A stretch of 64,000 nucleotides of DNA, taken from Tubiluchus corallicola. Its lineage: Eukaryota > Animalia > Priapulida. The notes under the pieces are model-generated. The model was not told the DNA's origin. It made no database searches and was given only the letters and a program-made list of their open reading frames with translations. A program made the translations under genes and the position numbers. Each line of letters begins with the position of its first letter. Within the stretch, counting starts at the first letter, position 1. Below are positions 52,741 to 64,000 of this stretch, piece after piece. The stretch spans positions 1 to 64,000 of the forward strand of contig JAQGDQ010000095.1 in the NCBI GenBank assembly GCA_030141605.1, written 5' to 3'.

Positions 52741-54107
52741 CAGGGCGGGCTCTAGGTAGTTTGGTGCAAAAGTATTTTTAGGGTCCCATCATCAAAGGCT
52801 TCCCTCAGAGGAGTATCAATACATTACGACTCTTTAAGCTGATAGTTCAGTCCGACTCATTTCTGTTTTGGTTGTAGTCCCTTTTATATAACAAAAATAG
52901 TCTACTTTCTTGTACAGGGCTTGCCTGTACCTGGCTTAGAACATGGAGTAACTTGTTATATTTACCCTGTAATTTGTTTTGTTATTTAAATGATATAAGT
53001 TTGTTGTTCAAATGAATTATATACGTACATGGTTATGTCGGCTGTTATGTAAAAATGGCTTAATAACTGCTTGTAGTGTGTTACAAAATACACGCTTTCT
53101 ATGAATATGAAAGCATATGCATTTTTGAGAATAAAATTTTTCTAATACTGAGCCTCTAAAATTGTGGTGCCCTATGAAGTTGCCTCTTTAGGGTACAGCT
53201 TAGGTAGCCTATTGGTAAATATGCTCCTGGCTTCCCCTGGGGCCTCACCCTTAAAATTGAATTTTCGTTGTATGTACATTCAAACCTCATTATAATGCCC
53301 CCCCCCCCATCCATAATGCCAACCTTGCTTTACGCCCAAATTTTTAGCAACACAAAATATCTATATTTGCATAATGTGTGTATTAATGCACATCGTTATA
53401 ATGCCGAACTGGTTGCAATGCCATCTTTTTTGCAGTCCCGAATTAGGCGGTACAAAGAGATTTGACTGTATACTATAATGGTACCCATGTGTTAGCGGTT
53501 AGCCTATATATATGTACTATATTGTATTAATTATGTGTCTTTCAATCTGGGTCTTTAGGAGCAATCGAAATTTATACAATTTCTGATGTACACACATACA
53601 CATACTCTTCTTGTACGTACTTTTTCTCTCATCCTTTTCGTCTGAAAATTTTTGAATGCCTAACTCCTTTTTTCAAGTATTTCCATTTTTCTTTTCAAAT
53701 AATTGAATGTGCGCCAGCTTTTTTACGTTCGTTTCCAACTTCGATTTCTGCCAGAAGTAGATAAATGCTATTGCAAGAAAGCTATTGCTCAACTTCTCAA
53801 AGCATAGTTGCCATACAATAGAAATTATGAGCAAAAGTAGTTTAACACGTCAGTATATACCTGAAATCTTAGAAAGCCAGGTAAAGCGAAAGTGGAAAAT
53901 GTTTATTGCCAGCTCCACGTTATCTTGGATGAATCGAACATTTTGGAGTAAAAATAATGCAGGAAATTCGTTTCAGTGTTGTGCACCTAAGTAATTATAC
54001 ATTTTACTACATTATTATTTATGCCAAACTTAAAAATTAAAGAATTATTTCTAGAATTTGGCGCCGTAGGCAACTGCCTAGTTTGCCTAGTGGTAGAGCT
54101 GGCCTTG
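52741..54107. mobile_element. Non-autonomous hAT element
   Basis: TIRs CAGGGCGGGCTCTA / TAGAGCTGGCCTTG; perfect 8-bp TSD GAAGTGAC. Confidence 0.85.
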
Positions 54108-55112
54108 GAAGTGACAGGTTTTTCTAGGCCCTTTTGGACTGAAAGTTACCCTATTGAATATCAATTATATTAGAATCTGCAATGTAGAAAATCTAAAATG
54201 GATGATTATAATCGATTAGTTGAATGGTGGCATTGTAAATTTAATGAACAAAAAATACCGCTATAAAAAAGCAAGGAAAAAGAAAGAAAGAAAGAATACT
54301 GTTTTGTATCCTTTTGAGTGTGATATCTTTCTTATGTGTTAATATTATAAATAAATAATATATTATTAGTAAAAAACTCCCCCAGAAAATTAGTTTAAGT
54401 AGCTCTAGTAATTTGTTGTGATTTTTCTCTTTTTGTCACTGAAGAACTACTGTGGCAGTTCGAAATGTTGTGCCTTTCTTTCATTTTCCTTGTTTTTATT
54501 GTGGGATTTTTTATTGATTGTCCCTATTCTTGGTATTAAAAGTTAATTTATGTTATTATAAATGTATCTCAATTTTATCTTTATTTCTACCAAATTTTAT
54601 TGATTCTTTTCTAAGATTATTTAATACTAAAATATGAACAAAAATCAAAAGAAATTTTTGTATCCTTTACAAACTTTTGAAGTTTTGTGAAGTAACACAA
54701 ATGTAGCAAATTCTTGCATCTTGATCATACTCTGCAAAGTACAGCCTGGTTTTTAGTTGAATTTTAAATTTATTCAAAGCATTTCCAGCCACTAGGAGCA
54801 ATCCTGTTGAGCCTGCATTGCATTATTCACAATCATTATAATCTATATAGACAATAGAGTCATTTCGCATCAGGATATTATTATTATTATCATGCAATTA
54901 CCTAATTACGCATTTCGCAATTTAGTAATTGCTGCTTGGCAAAGTCTACATAAATGCAGAAGAAACGGGTATGTATATGCAGTAATATAGCAGTAAACAT
55001 ATTTAAGTTAGTATAAACTTAAAAAAATACAGTTTTTGGAAAATGCATTAAAGCTTAAGCAATGAGCAAAGTACTATTTCACAAAGCACTTGTAAATCAC
55101 CTTTTGTTCTTG

Positions 55113-55412
55113 CTAACTCTGGTTTTGCTTTTCATCCTTGACACGATTAATTTCCAGTTCGATACCTTCGGTAAGTTCATCTAACTCTTCCATAACAGCT
55201 TTCTCGGCTTGGACAGGTTTCACTATTTCTTCTTTCATTTGCTTCACGTGATAAGCTGGAACACCACTGTCTTTTCTAGTTTTGCTCTCATTGTCAGTTG
55301 AACGCATCATTTCATTCTTGGCTGTAGCTCCTTCTTCTTTTTTGTGTTTTGTCTGCACATTGTCAGGGGAGGTATCCCTTTTGGAAGGTTTTTTGTCATC
55401 ACTTGTTGCCAT
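55113..55412 (-). CDS. Hypothetical 99-aa highly charged protein
   Basis: ATG in AAGATGG context, protein-like K/E/D-rich composition with an acidic helical C-terminus; candidate 64-nt 5'UTR intron 55426-55489 (GTAAGC...TTTTTTGTGCAG). Confidence 0.6.
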   Translation of the reverse strand: MATSDDKKPSKRDTSPDNVQTKHKKEEGATAKNEMMRSTDNESKTRKDSGVPAYHVKQMKEEIVKPVQAEKAVMEELDELTEGIELEINRVKDEKQNQS

Positions 55413-57728
55413 CTTGCAGATATTTCTGCACAAAAAAATTAACTGTTGAAGAGCCACAGGGTATAAAAATCTTAACTGTGGATGCTTACTTTAAAATGTT
55501 CACTGTTTAGCATTTTGTTTTCCATGCGGTTCAGTTGCAAGAAGCAGGTGGTTTATACATGTAGTTTAAAATCATTCTTTCTAACCAGTTGCTTCAGTAA
55601 TCAGCAAACCATTGCACATAGATAAATTACTGGAATGTCTGTAAAAATTACATGCATTTTTTACTCATACATATAATAATGACACGTGTGGACGTTTCAT
55701 AAACAGAGGGTCTCTTCGTGAGTTTAGCAAACTCTGACATTCTTACAGCCGCTAGTTACAATACAAGCACCACATTTAATACTTTTAATACATTTAATAC
55801 TAATAATAACACCCCTATTTATTTATTTAAATTTATACTCCTCTAAGAAATAATTAGCTGTTTTTCCTGTCATTGGTAACTAACGTTGTTTATCATTTTT
55901 TAAATCATGAATGAAAAGACTCGCTGTATTTCTAGTAATATAATTAATATTAATAATCCTTCAAATCGAGAAATTAAACAGTACTATTTATCCCTCTTCC
56001 CTGTAGCATTTACTTTCGTTGAGCATGTTTAACATATTGTCTTCAAGTATTGATTTTCAACCAAAAAAACCAGTATTCAGCAATGCAGCTACACGCGTGA
56101 AATAATAAATCGCAGAAGTGATTCAAGTTAACTTTGCAAGGCGTCATGTTACTATGGTTGCAAAACAAGACGGCCAGTCATTGGACTGTGCTGCTATCTA
56201 CAGGAAGTAAACAGTAACAATCTGCACGCTATAAGTGTGGCGAAAATGCAGCCTATGAGATGTAACTTTTTATCGTGAATTAAAAAATTCTCTTTCCATA
56301 TTTGGTAATAATTATTAATTTTCCGATTGCTTTAATTTTATTCTCCTACTGGTGCAAATTTCACTCAATTTGTCAGGGTAAAATATTAAAAATTAATATT
56401 AGTTATTAATTACTTTAGAGTATAACAAAAACATTAATTTCAAAAATAAAAACTGGTGTATTTTATTTTTTAACTGTCTAAAAAATCTATAATTATGTAG
56501 TAAAGCCCGTACAGTTCTAACAGCAATCGTGGATTTTTCAACGAGAATGAAAATAATAATAGGCCTAATTATGTCTTCAATTTTTCTTATTAATTAAATT
56601 TTCACACATCTGACACGAATCGTACTTTTCGCAACGAGAATGAAAAAACTAATAATATGTTTTAATTTATTTAATATCGAGCATTATTGCTTTCGTTTCG
56701 GGTAGAGTCGTAGATCGAAAATATCGCTGCCTATCTCTAACTGGGCCGGAATTGGGAACCGAAAAGCTTATACAACAGATTCTATTGATATCTGTGTCAA
56801 GCAAAATAAACATGGTTACTGACCGGTCATTCATCGCAAGACCAGCTGCTGACCATCGGTCAGCGTGGCCTAGTTTTAGGGGCTTTAGCACTATGTAAAC
56901 AAGGTCAGTGATTTCGCGGCATAGCCCCAGGAGTGTGATGACCACTCAAGAGTGTATTCCGCTACGCTACATTGCACTTCAGTGACCAGTGGTCTCCGCT
57001 CTGCTGTTGACCGCTGACTCGTACAATTGAGTTACAATAGTGAGCATGGTTATTAACGGTAAACGTAGCGTTTGCTGTACAAAGTAGAGTGCATGGTCAC
57101 TTATGACTATCGAGCAATGCTGTATATTGATTATGGTCAGTGCACGGACACGCGGACTAAGGTCAGTCGCGGACACCAGCCTAGTTATGTGCTGCGCCCA
57201 GTGCAGGCATTCTGTGTGGAATGAGTTTTAGAATAGCGAGTGCCTCATCGCTAGTGCAAGCATGGGCAGCAAGCTGTGCGCAGTTTACGGCGGAATATCT
57301 TTGGTGATAGAACTGTTGCATGATTATACAATGCATGTTTGCCGCAAAATGCTGAATCTGACAGTAATGTTACCTGTCGCCACAGAAAGCGGTTGAGTAA
57401 GTTCGAATAATAAACTCGTGGACTTAATTGTGCCTGAGAAATAGTTAGAAAAATGCCGTAGCCATAATTTTTGTCAAAACTCGCTGAAAGTTTAAATGTA
57501 GGATATGTATAGTTATGATTACGAGAAATAAAAGTTGTAATTGATAGCCAGTGAGAACCAAGCTTGTATTAACCCGGTGTTAAAAATTACGTTTACATGA
57601 GTGTAATTACTGTTCTGCTAAAAGCCTTTTAATACATTTCATACAATAAGTGTGTGGTTTGGACATTACACGAGGGAACAACCCGCGGTATTTCTGACCA
57701 CAGTTTTTAGGAACGATCCCAGGTTGCA

Positions 57729-57747
57729 CCGGAATCGGCGCCATCTT
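57729..57747. promoter_or_regulatory. Putative promoter elements (ETS-like CCGGAA, YY1-like CGCCATCTT)
   Basis: Motifs about 90 bp upstream of the MSRRKQ exon in a relatively CpG-rich patch. Confidence 0.45.
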
Positions 57748-57832
57748 TGTTTATATTTGCAGTAACATTGCTGTTGCTTCTTTGTGCAATGTGAAGGTGT
57801 CCGGCTTCAAATTGTCCACAAATGTCGAGGAA

Positions 57833-57884
57833 ATGTCACGGAGGAAGCAGGAGAACCCACAGCCGAGGAAGCGGCTAGTTACAC
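57833..57884 (+). CDS. First coding exon (MSRRKQENPQPRKRLVT) of a probable C2H2 zinc-finger repressor; partial gene
   Basis: N-terminal MSRRKQxxP NuRD-binding motif followed directly by a consensus donor C/GTAAGT, phase 1. Confidence 0.75.
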
Positions 57885-60800
57885 GTAAGTTTTTGTTATT
57901 TTATTTCAGATGAGTAGTTTTCAGTGCATTTGCATCCCTTGTTTACATGACGATATCTTGAAAGTGTTAAGCATGCTTAGGCTGAGATGCGCGCCAGAGA
58001 TGCCGGTTTCCAAAATTTCTTGGCTCCTCGGAGAAGTAGTTTACTGCAAAATTACTAATAGCTCTACTTTTTGTTAAAGTTTATTACTGAAAACTAACAA
58101 GTGAAATATTACTGACAGGTGTAACAAAACTTTTCAATGAGGCAAAATAATTTTTCTATAAACAATAGCGCCTTAGTTTTAATTAATGCGTTGTTGTAAT
58201 GGATTTGGATGATTTTTTTAAACACGGTCAAAGTAAAAGTTACAGAATTGCCTAAAAACACGTTAACGTTTCTAGCAGTAGTAAGTAAAACACACCTGAC
58301 TGTCCAGTGGCCTTGGTTAAAGTAAAATGTGACCACCGGCCATTTTGTTGAAACTGGGTTTATAGCTCATATTTACTTACTAATAGCACACACTTTATTG
58401 TTCCTACATTCAAGGTAAACCTTTGCTGGTTTTGATATTAATGTGGCACTTTCTATATCTGCTGTACTATAATGTATGTATGATTGAGTTTATCTTAAAA
58501 AGTGTAAAACTGTCTCCCCAGTTATATCAGAAAGCATCATGTCAATTCAGTTTCCTGTTTGACTATTCATAAATACAAAAGCATGACCTTATCATCCAAG
58601 GTACTGTCATAGGGCTAAATCTTGTCACGGAGAAGCGGATTTGCAAAGATTTTTGACAATATAATTATTATTGCAAGGTAGAAGCAGTACACATGTTATA
58701 TAGTAAGGAACCATAGAATTCAGAATTCATTTTCAGAGGCAGAGATAACTAAGTAAATCGAAATATAAAAAAATTGAAACTTATGCAATTTTTTAGGCAT
58801 TGATTCTTTATTAAAAAAATTAAGGCAATGCACATCATGTGGTTCTGTAGCAAAAACCCTTGCATTTGTCCATACATCTTTATTAACTTCTTTCATGACA
58901 TTTCATAAACTATTCTTGTCTCTGGAATAATGACAATAAAATAAGAATAATGAGGTAAATATAATTTGCTGTGATAGGTAAGTATAGATTTTTTGTGCAT
59001 AAAATTTTGTATAAAAAATTTTGCTGGTTGTTTTAAAGTTCTTATTAAAAGCCTAATAATAACATCCACTGGTATCTTGAAATATTGGCTGAAATAAAAT
59101 GATGCATTACCAGCTGCACATTGTCAATGTGTTTTTTGTTTTAGTATGGACATAAAAAATCATCTTTTGAATACTTACACTATACATTTTTGTTAAATCT
59201 TCAGTAGTATAATTTTTATAGATACTTAATTTGACTTAACATATTAAAGTTTTTCATTTTTGTGTTTAGATAAACTCTGGTAATTTCTTCACATTTCATA
59301 AAAACTTAATTAATTAAAACATTATTTTGAGCATATTCAAATTTTTCGTTTTTGTGTTTAGATAAACTCTGGTAATTTCTTCACATTTCATGACAACGTC
59401 ACAGTTAGTATATGAGTTTTATAATAAATCTGTAGTAAATTGTTTTAGGTGTAATAATTTCAAAATTAGATCAGAGTTGGTTTACTCTTCCAAGTTTTTA
59501 CTAGAGTTATTACTCATGTCAGTAAAAAAAACTTAAAGTCCAAATTATCTGAAAATTAATTCCATGTTCCTTTTGGGGAATAAGGACATCCTGTTTAATT
59601 GCTATTGTTATTGCTGACTGAATACTCTCCAATTGTGTTTGCCTGTTTCTGTTGTTGGTTGATGATTTTTCTCTTTATCTTTCCTTCTTAAGTGGCCTGT
59701 TTCTGATAGATTTAATAGACTGCGAATTGTTCTTTGAACAGTACTCTTTCCATATTGGGTATATATATGCTGCTTTTTATTGTGTTATTTTAATATTAAA
59801 TTTAGAAGAGAGGAATCATTGGCTTATGGCTTTGCCTTAATTTTTAAAAAAGATAGTTAACATACCGTGATTACTAGGAATGAGGTCAGACGAGGGACAC
59901 TAGCTAGGAATTAACACATTCTCAACGGTTTTAGCTAGATTAAAGTTAAGGAAAAAACTGCAGTGCACATGTTTTCCACGTGCGTATTCATATCACCCTT
60001 GAAAACAACCATAGCTAAATTTAATCTCTCGCCATCATGGGCTGGTCATAGATAACAAACTGCGCATAGGTTTGTCATCTCTATTGATTTCTTTAAAAAA
60101 ATGATAAACAATTGTTTCATGGCTGGACTGACTTATCTTTAATTCCTTTGCACCACATGAGGAAAAACACAAAGAACTTATTCAGTGTATGTTCATGTTG
60201 TTAACTTATTACAGTAACTGTGGACTAACTGACCCAGTACATTACAACTCTTTGAGTGACATCATATGTATTTGCTAATTCATTCTTATCAGCTTGTACC
60301 CGAACCCAGCCCAGCCAGTTTCGTTTGATTTCACCTATAGGCTACAGATAATTCGTTATGACCTGTTTTTCGGTTAAAGCATAAAACTTTGACCAAAAAA
60401 CTTGATGTACATGGCGACTCAGCATTATAGGCATGATATAAAGAGCTGATTAATATAATTTGTTGTACATACCTAATTGACTTACTGAATTAATATAGAA
60501 AAACTTTGTTAGCTTACTTTTTCACAGCTTTGAAATACAGTAGACGCAAGTAAAGTGTTACGTAGTATATAGTATACATACAGAAACAAAATGGCTTGAA
60601 AAATTCTCATATAAATTATTTTTATAGATAGAAAACTTTTCATTATTAGGTTACTTGAAGTGTCACTTTTTGTGGCTCAAAGTGACTCGTTAACTCTTGG
60701 CTAATATTACTGTATTTACGTGACCTTCCTGGTCAATTAAATAATTTATGAGCTTTTTAATTCATGAACATTAAACTGCATCCACAACACAATATTCAAA

Positions 60801-63800
60801 ACGGCTTGCGTACTATGTTCGTTTTTGTGAAACTTCAAATTTTCTATATCGATTTCCATCTGATACTGCATTAAGATCGTGCCTGGTGTATTACGATTAA
60901 ATCTCACTTACTAGTACCACAGTACTATTACTACATCAGTTTGGGTTTTCCCAACTCTGCCTCTATTATTTACCAGCATATTACGACTGCCCTGCGCGTT
61001 CGAACTCGATCACTGCTTTTATTATTTGATATAAAAAAACTTGGAGTGCTTAAAGGATGTTGTGTAATGTTTGATATAAGGGTTTTTGTTATCGTCAAGT
61101 AAATATTTAATCCTATGTAGCTGAGAAGGATAGGGGCAATTATGGGGGCTTGGTTTAACGCGTTGGCCAGGAGTATTGTTCGCAGCATCCACGCAGGTAG
61201 CCTTGATTACTATTCCACTAGCCATGGTCCATTAGAAGCGTCTGTTATGTAGAGTATGAATAGAAATTTAGTTGACTATGGCTGATTGACATGTGTAACG
61301 TAGCTAACTGAGAGTTGCGTCTTTCTAACCAAGGGCTTACTTTTGGCTGATCAGGCTGATCTAGATGATTAACCCTTGTCAGATATTCTCTCCCATTATA
61401 TGTACTGTATAGTGTGTTAGGTAGTGCAGTGGGACTTTTTGTTTAAGACATGCCTCACATATATGCGGCTATGTTTAATATTACTAGGCCTTCCTAGTAA
61501 TATAAGTTACCCAAAAAGATGGCTCTTTCTCCCATCAGCCACCATTCAGCACCGCCCACTGCCACCTGACTGTTCGCCGTTGCATCGCTTTTGTCTGGGC
61601 AGGAGCTTAGCTGGTCTAGGCATGGCATGTACTAGGACCACAAATTTCGACGTAAATGACCATTTGTCATGTTTGAGAAGGCGATGCAGTAATTGATTGC
61701 CATTCTACGCTTGGGTAACGAACTTGGAATGAAGTACTACCTGGTGTTACAACTTGTGACACCAGGTTTAAGGGTTATAAGCTTATGTGCATCTTCAAAA
61801 ATGTCCATCACTTAGATTTTTAAATCCCTGTCCAGAAATGTGGTTGCCATTCCCAAAGAAGTTACAAGAAGTAAATCAGATAACTGTGGCTCTTATACCA
61901 CATTTTTTGGTTTTTAATCAACGGCTAATAGTCATCGTTATATTTTAACTCGGGCTGGTTACATAGCTTTCCATTCGACCAGTGGCTTCAGAGTATAATA
62001 TACGGTAATGAGTTGTTTTATCATGTTTAAATTTAATTAGTGGCAGGTAGTCGAATCTTTTAAAAACAGTTTGCAAAAACGATGATTAATCAGTATACGT
62101 ATATCTTGGATCTGTGGAAATTATTTTTTGTTAATTTGTTGTCTAACACTCGACAAAGAAACAACCCCATTTTAAACAATGTTTGAAAACAATCTACAGT
62201 GTAAAATAATGAAAGAAGACATAGCTATGTGAAAGAATCATAATGAACGGGTCGGTTCTTCGCTGTTACATACATTTCTCCATTCGCTAGTTAGACGAGC
62301 ACTAGCGATTGCATCTTGAAAACACATTGGGCAAAAAACAGGTGTTGTACTTCCCCAGTTCAGAGGTGTTCAGTTGTGGAGTAGTGCACACGTTTGAGAG
62401 CTCATGCATGACACAGTGGTAAACTTGACATTTGAATTTTAACATTGAAACTTGCCGCGTTTTTGCACACCACACTGGATGTTGCACAGTAGTACTGTAC
62501 TTAAATTTTCGCCTTCGCGAACATATCCAACATGCTCGCCGAATGTTTGTGCAATTTAAAATTATGTTCAGAACTTTCTGATATCATCACTAGTTGGGCT
62601 TGCCCGGCTGCCCGCTGTTAATTAAGTTTTTAGCCTATTATTTGGTTATCAGAAACGCCTTGGTATTGTTATAGGTGTTAAAACATATACTTTTTACTGT
62701 AGTTCAAAATGGGATAGGATATGAAAAACCATCTGTTTTCCTTTAACCAGCTAATATGTAACGGAGTATATGATCATATATTGTAACGTGTATGCAAATG
62801 TAAATGTGAGTATTAGCAAATGAAAGCTTGCTTGAACTTCTCGTGGCATTTATTATTTGTCAAATAAATGAAATATCGGTGTAAAAAATAAGCAGAGAAG
62901 TGTGGTTGTGAGCCGAAAGAGATAAATCAGGCTTAGTTAGTCAGATGTGTCACAGTGGCGAAGAGCAGCCTGACTATTATAATAATATCAAGTTAATCAA
63001 CTTTTAAACCAAATCTTAAATATATTTCTAATTTTTGTTTATGGTGTACATAGTACTTATGTCAATTTATCGTTAATTTATCAGTTATTTATCGTTAATT
63101 GTAACAGTTGTATTGCAAAATTATTAGCTCAGTTGAGCTCATTTAGGTTATGGTGTCTTAATTCGTGCTAGCATATATATACCTTCAAGATACTGCATAA
63201 ACAATAAACTGTTAAACTTTGGTTTATTAGTACTTAGCAGAAGTACTGAAAAGAATATACATTGTATATGCCAACAGACTTGTGTTAGCTTTAAATTTGA
63301 ATATAAATTTTTAGGTTTACATGGATGGGCTACATTCTTGTAAATTAATGATTATTTCAAGCCTACAGAGTTGCAGTATAAAAGTAATTTTCTTTGAGAT
63401 TAAAATGTAATTGTCAATGGTGGCCCAATATTCAAAGTTTGACAAACTTTCTTGTTACTATATTGACGCCATGCTTTATAACTACTTCTTTTGTCCTTCA
63501 CTTTTTGTTTTCATATTTCTGTTGTATTTTTATTTGTGCCTGGTTGATATCAAATCACTTGTGATATCGTGTATGAGTCAGTTTGTCTTTCGTAGGTCAG
63601 ATGTACTCTTACTGTATAAATTTCTGCTTTTACTCTTTACCTATGCCGATAAACATTTGCAAAACTGACATGAAACAGGACTGAACGACATCCAGCGGAA
63701 GTCAAGAGATTTGTCTTAAAATTTTTATACATGGAAAGAGATGCATGATACTAGCTTGCACTTGCAATTGTAGCCGATTTACATTATATTTTCATCTCAT

Positions 63801-64000
63801 TACATAGTCACTAGACTATTGTCATTATCTTGCTGGCCAACATGGCCGCTCTTGTAATACATATTGATTACCTCATATTTTTAACTTCTCCAAATTCATC
63901 CCCAAGAGCATTATACAACAGACGAGTCTTGTTGCTATTGAAAGAGTTGTTCAACAGCGGCTATTCATTGCCTAGTTTCCCCACTAACCATCAATGTTAC

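Noticed and set aside
59256-59391. Direct repeat of about 44 bp
   Set aside because: Small local duplication in AT-rich intronic DNA with no functional signal
58000-64000. Short ORFs as downstream exons of the MSRRKQ gene
   Set aside because: No zinc-finger or other recognisable motifs and no convincing exon boundaries

Overview
AT-rich eukaryotic DNA, probably from an invertebrate animal, with spliceosomal introns and many transposon remnants; nothing here looks prokaryotic. Exons were assembled by eye and genes were recognised from recalled protein sequences, not database searches. The window holds: a multi-exon tryptophan hydroxylase (+, 4253-15382) with a compact CRE/octamer/TATA promoter and an apparently exact 582-bp tandem duplication of one exon; WDR44 (-, two coding exons, the first carrying an FFAT motif the ORF track misses); an intronless INTS8 CDS (+); an 11-exon ACTR10 (+) with a U12-type intron; a 99-aa charged ORF I do not recognise (-); and the 52-nt first coding exon (MSRRKQENP, a NuRD-binding motif) of a probable zinc-finger repressor whose remainder I could not find in the window. 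Repeats include hAT, pogo/Tigger and Harbinger MITEs, a solo LTR, LINE ends, a tRNA-derived SINE and microsatellites. I see no clear wholly new multi-gene system; the best leads are unusual gene structures.
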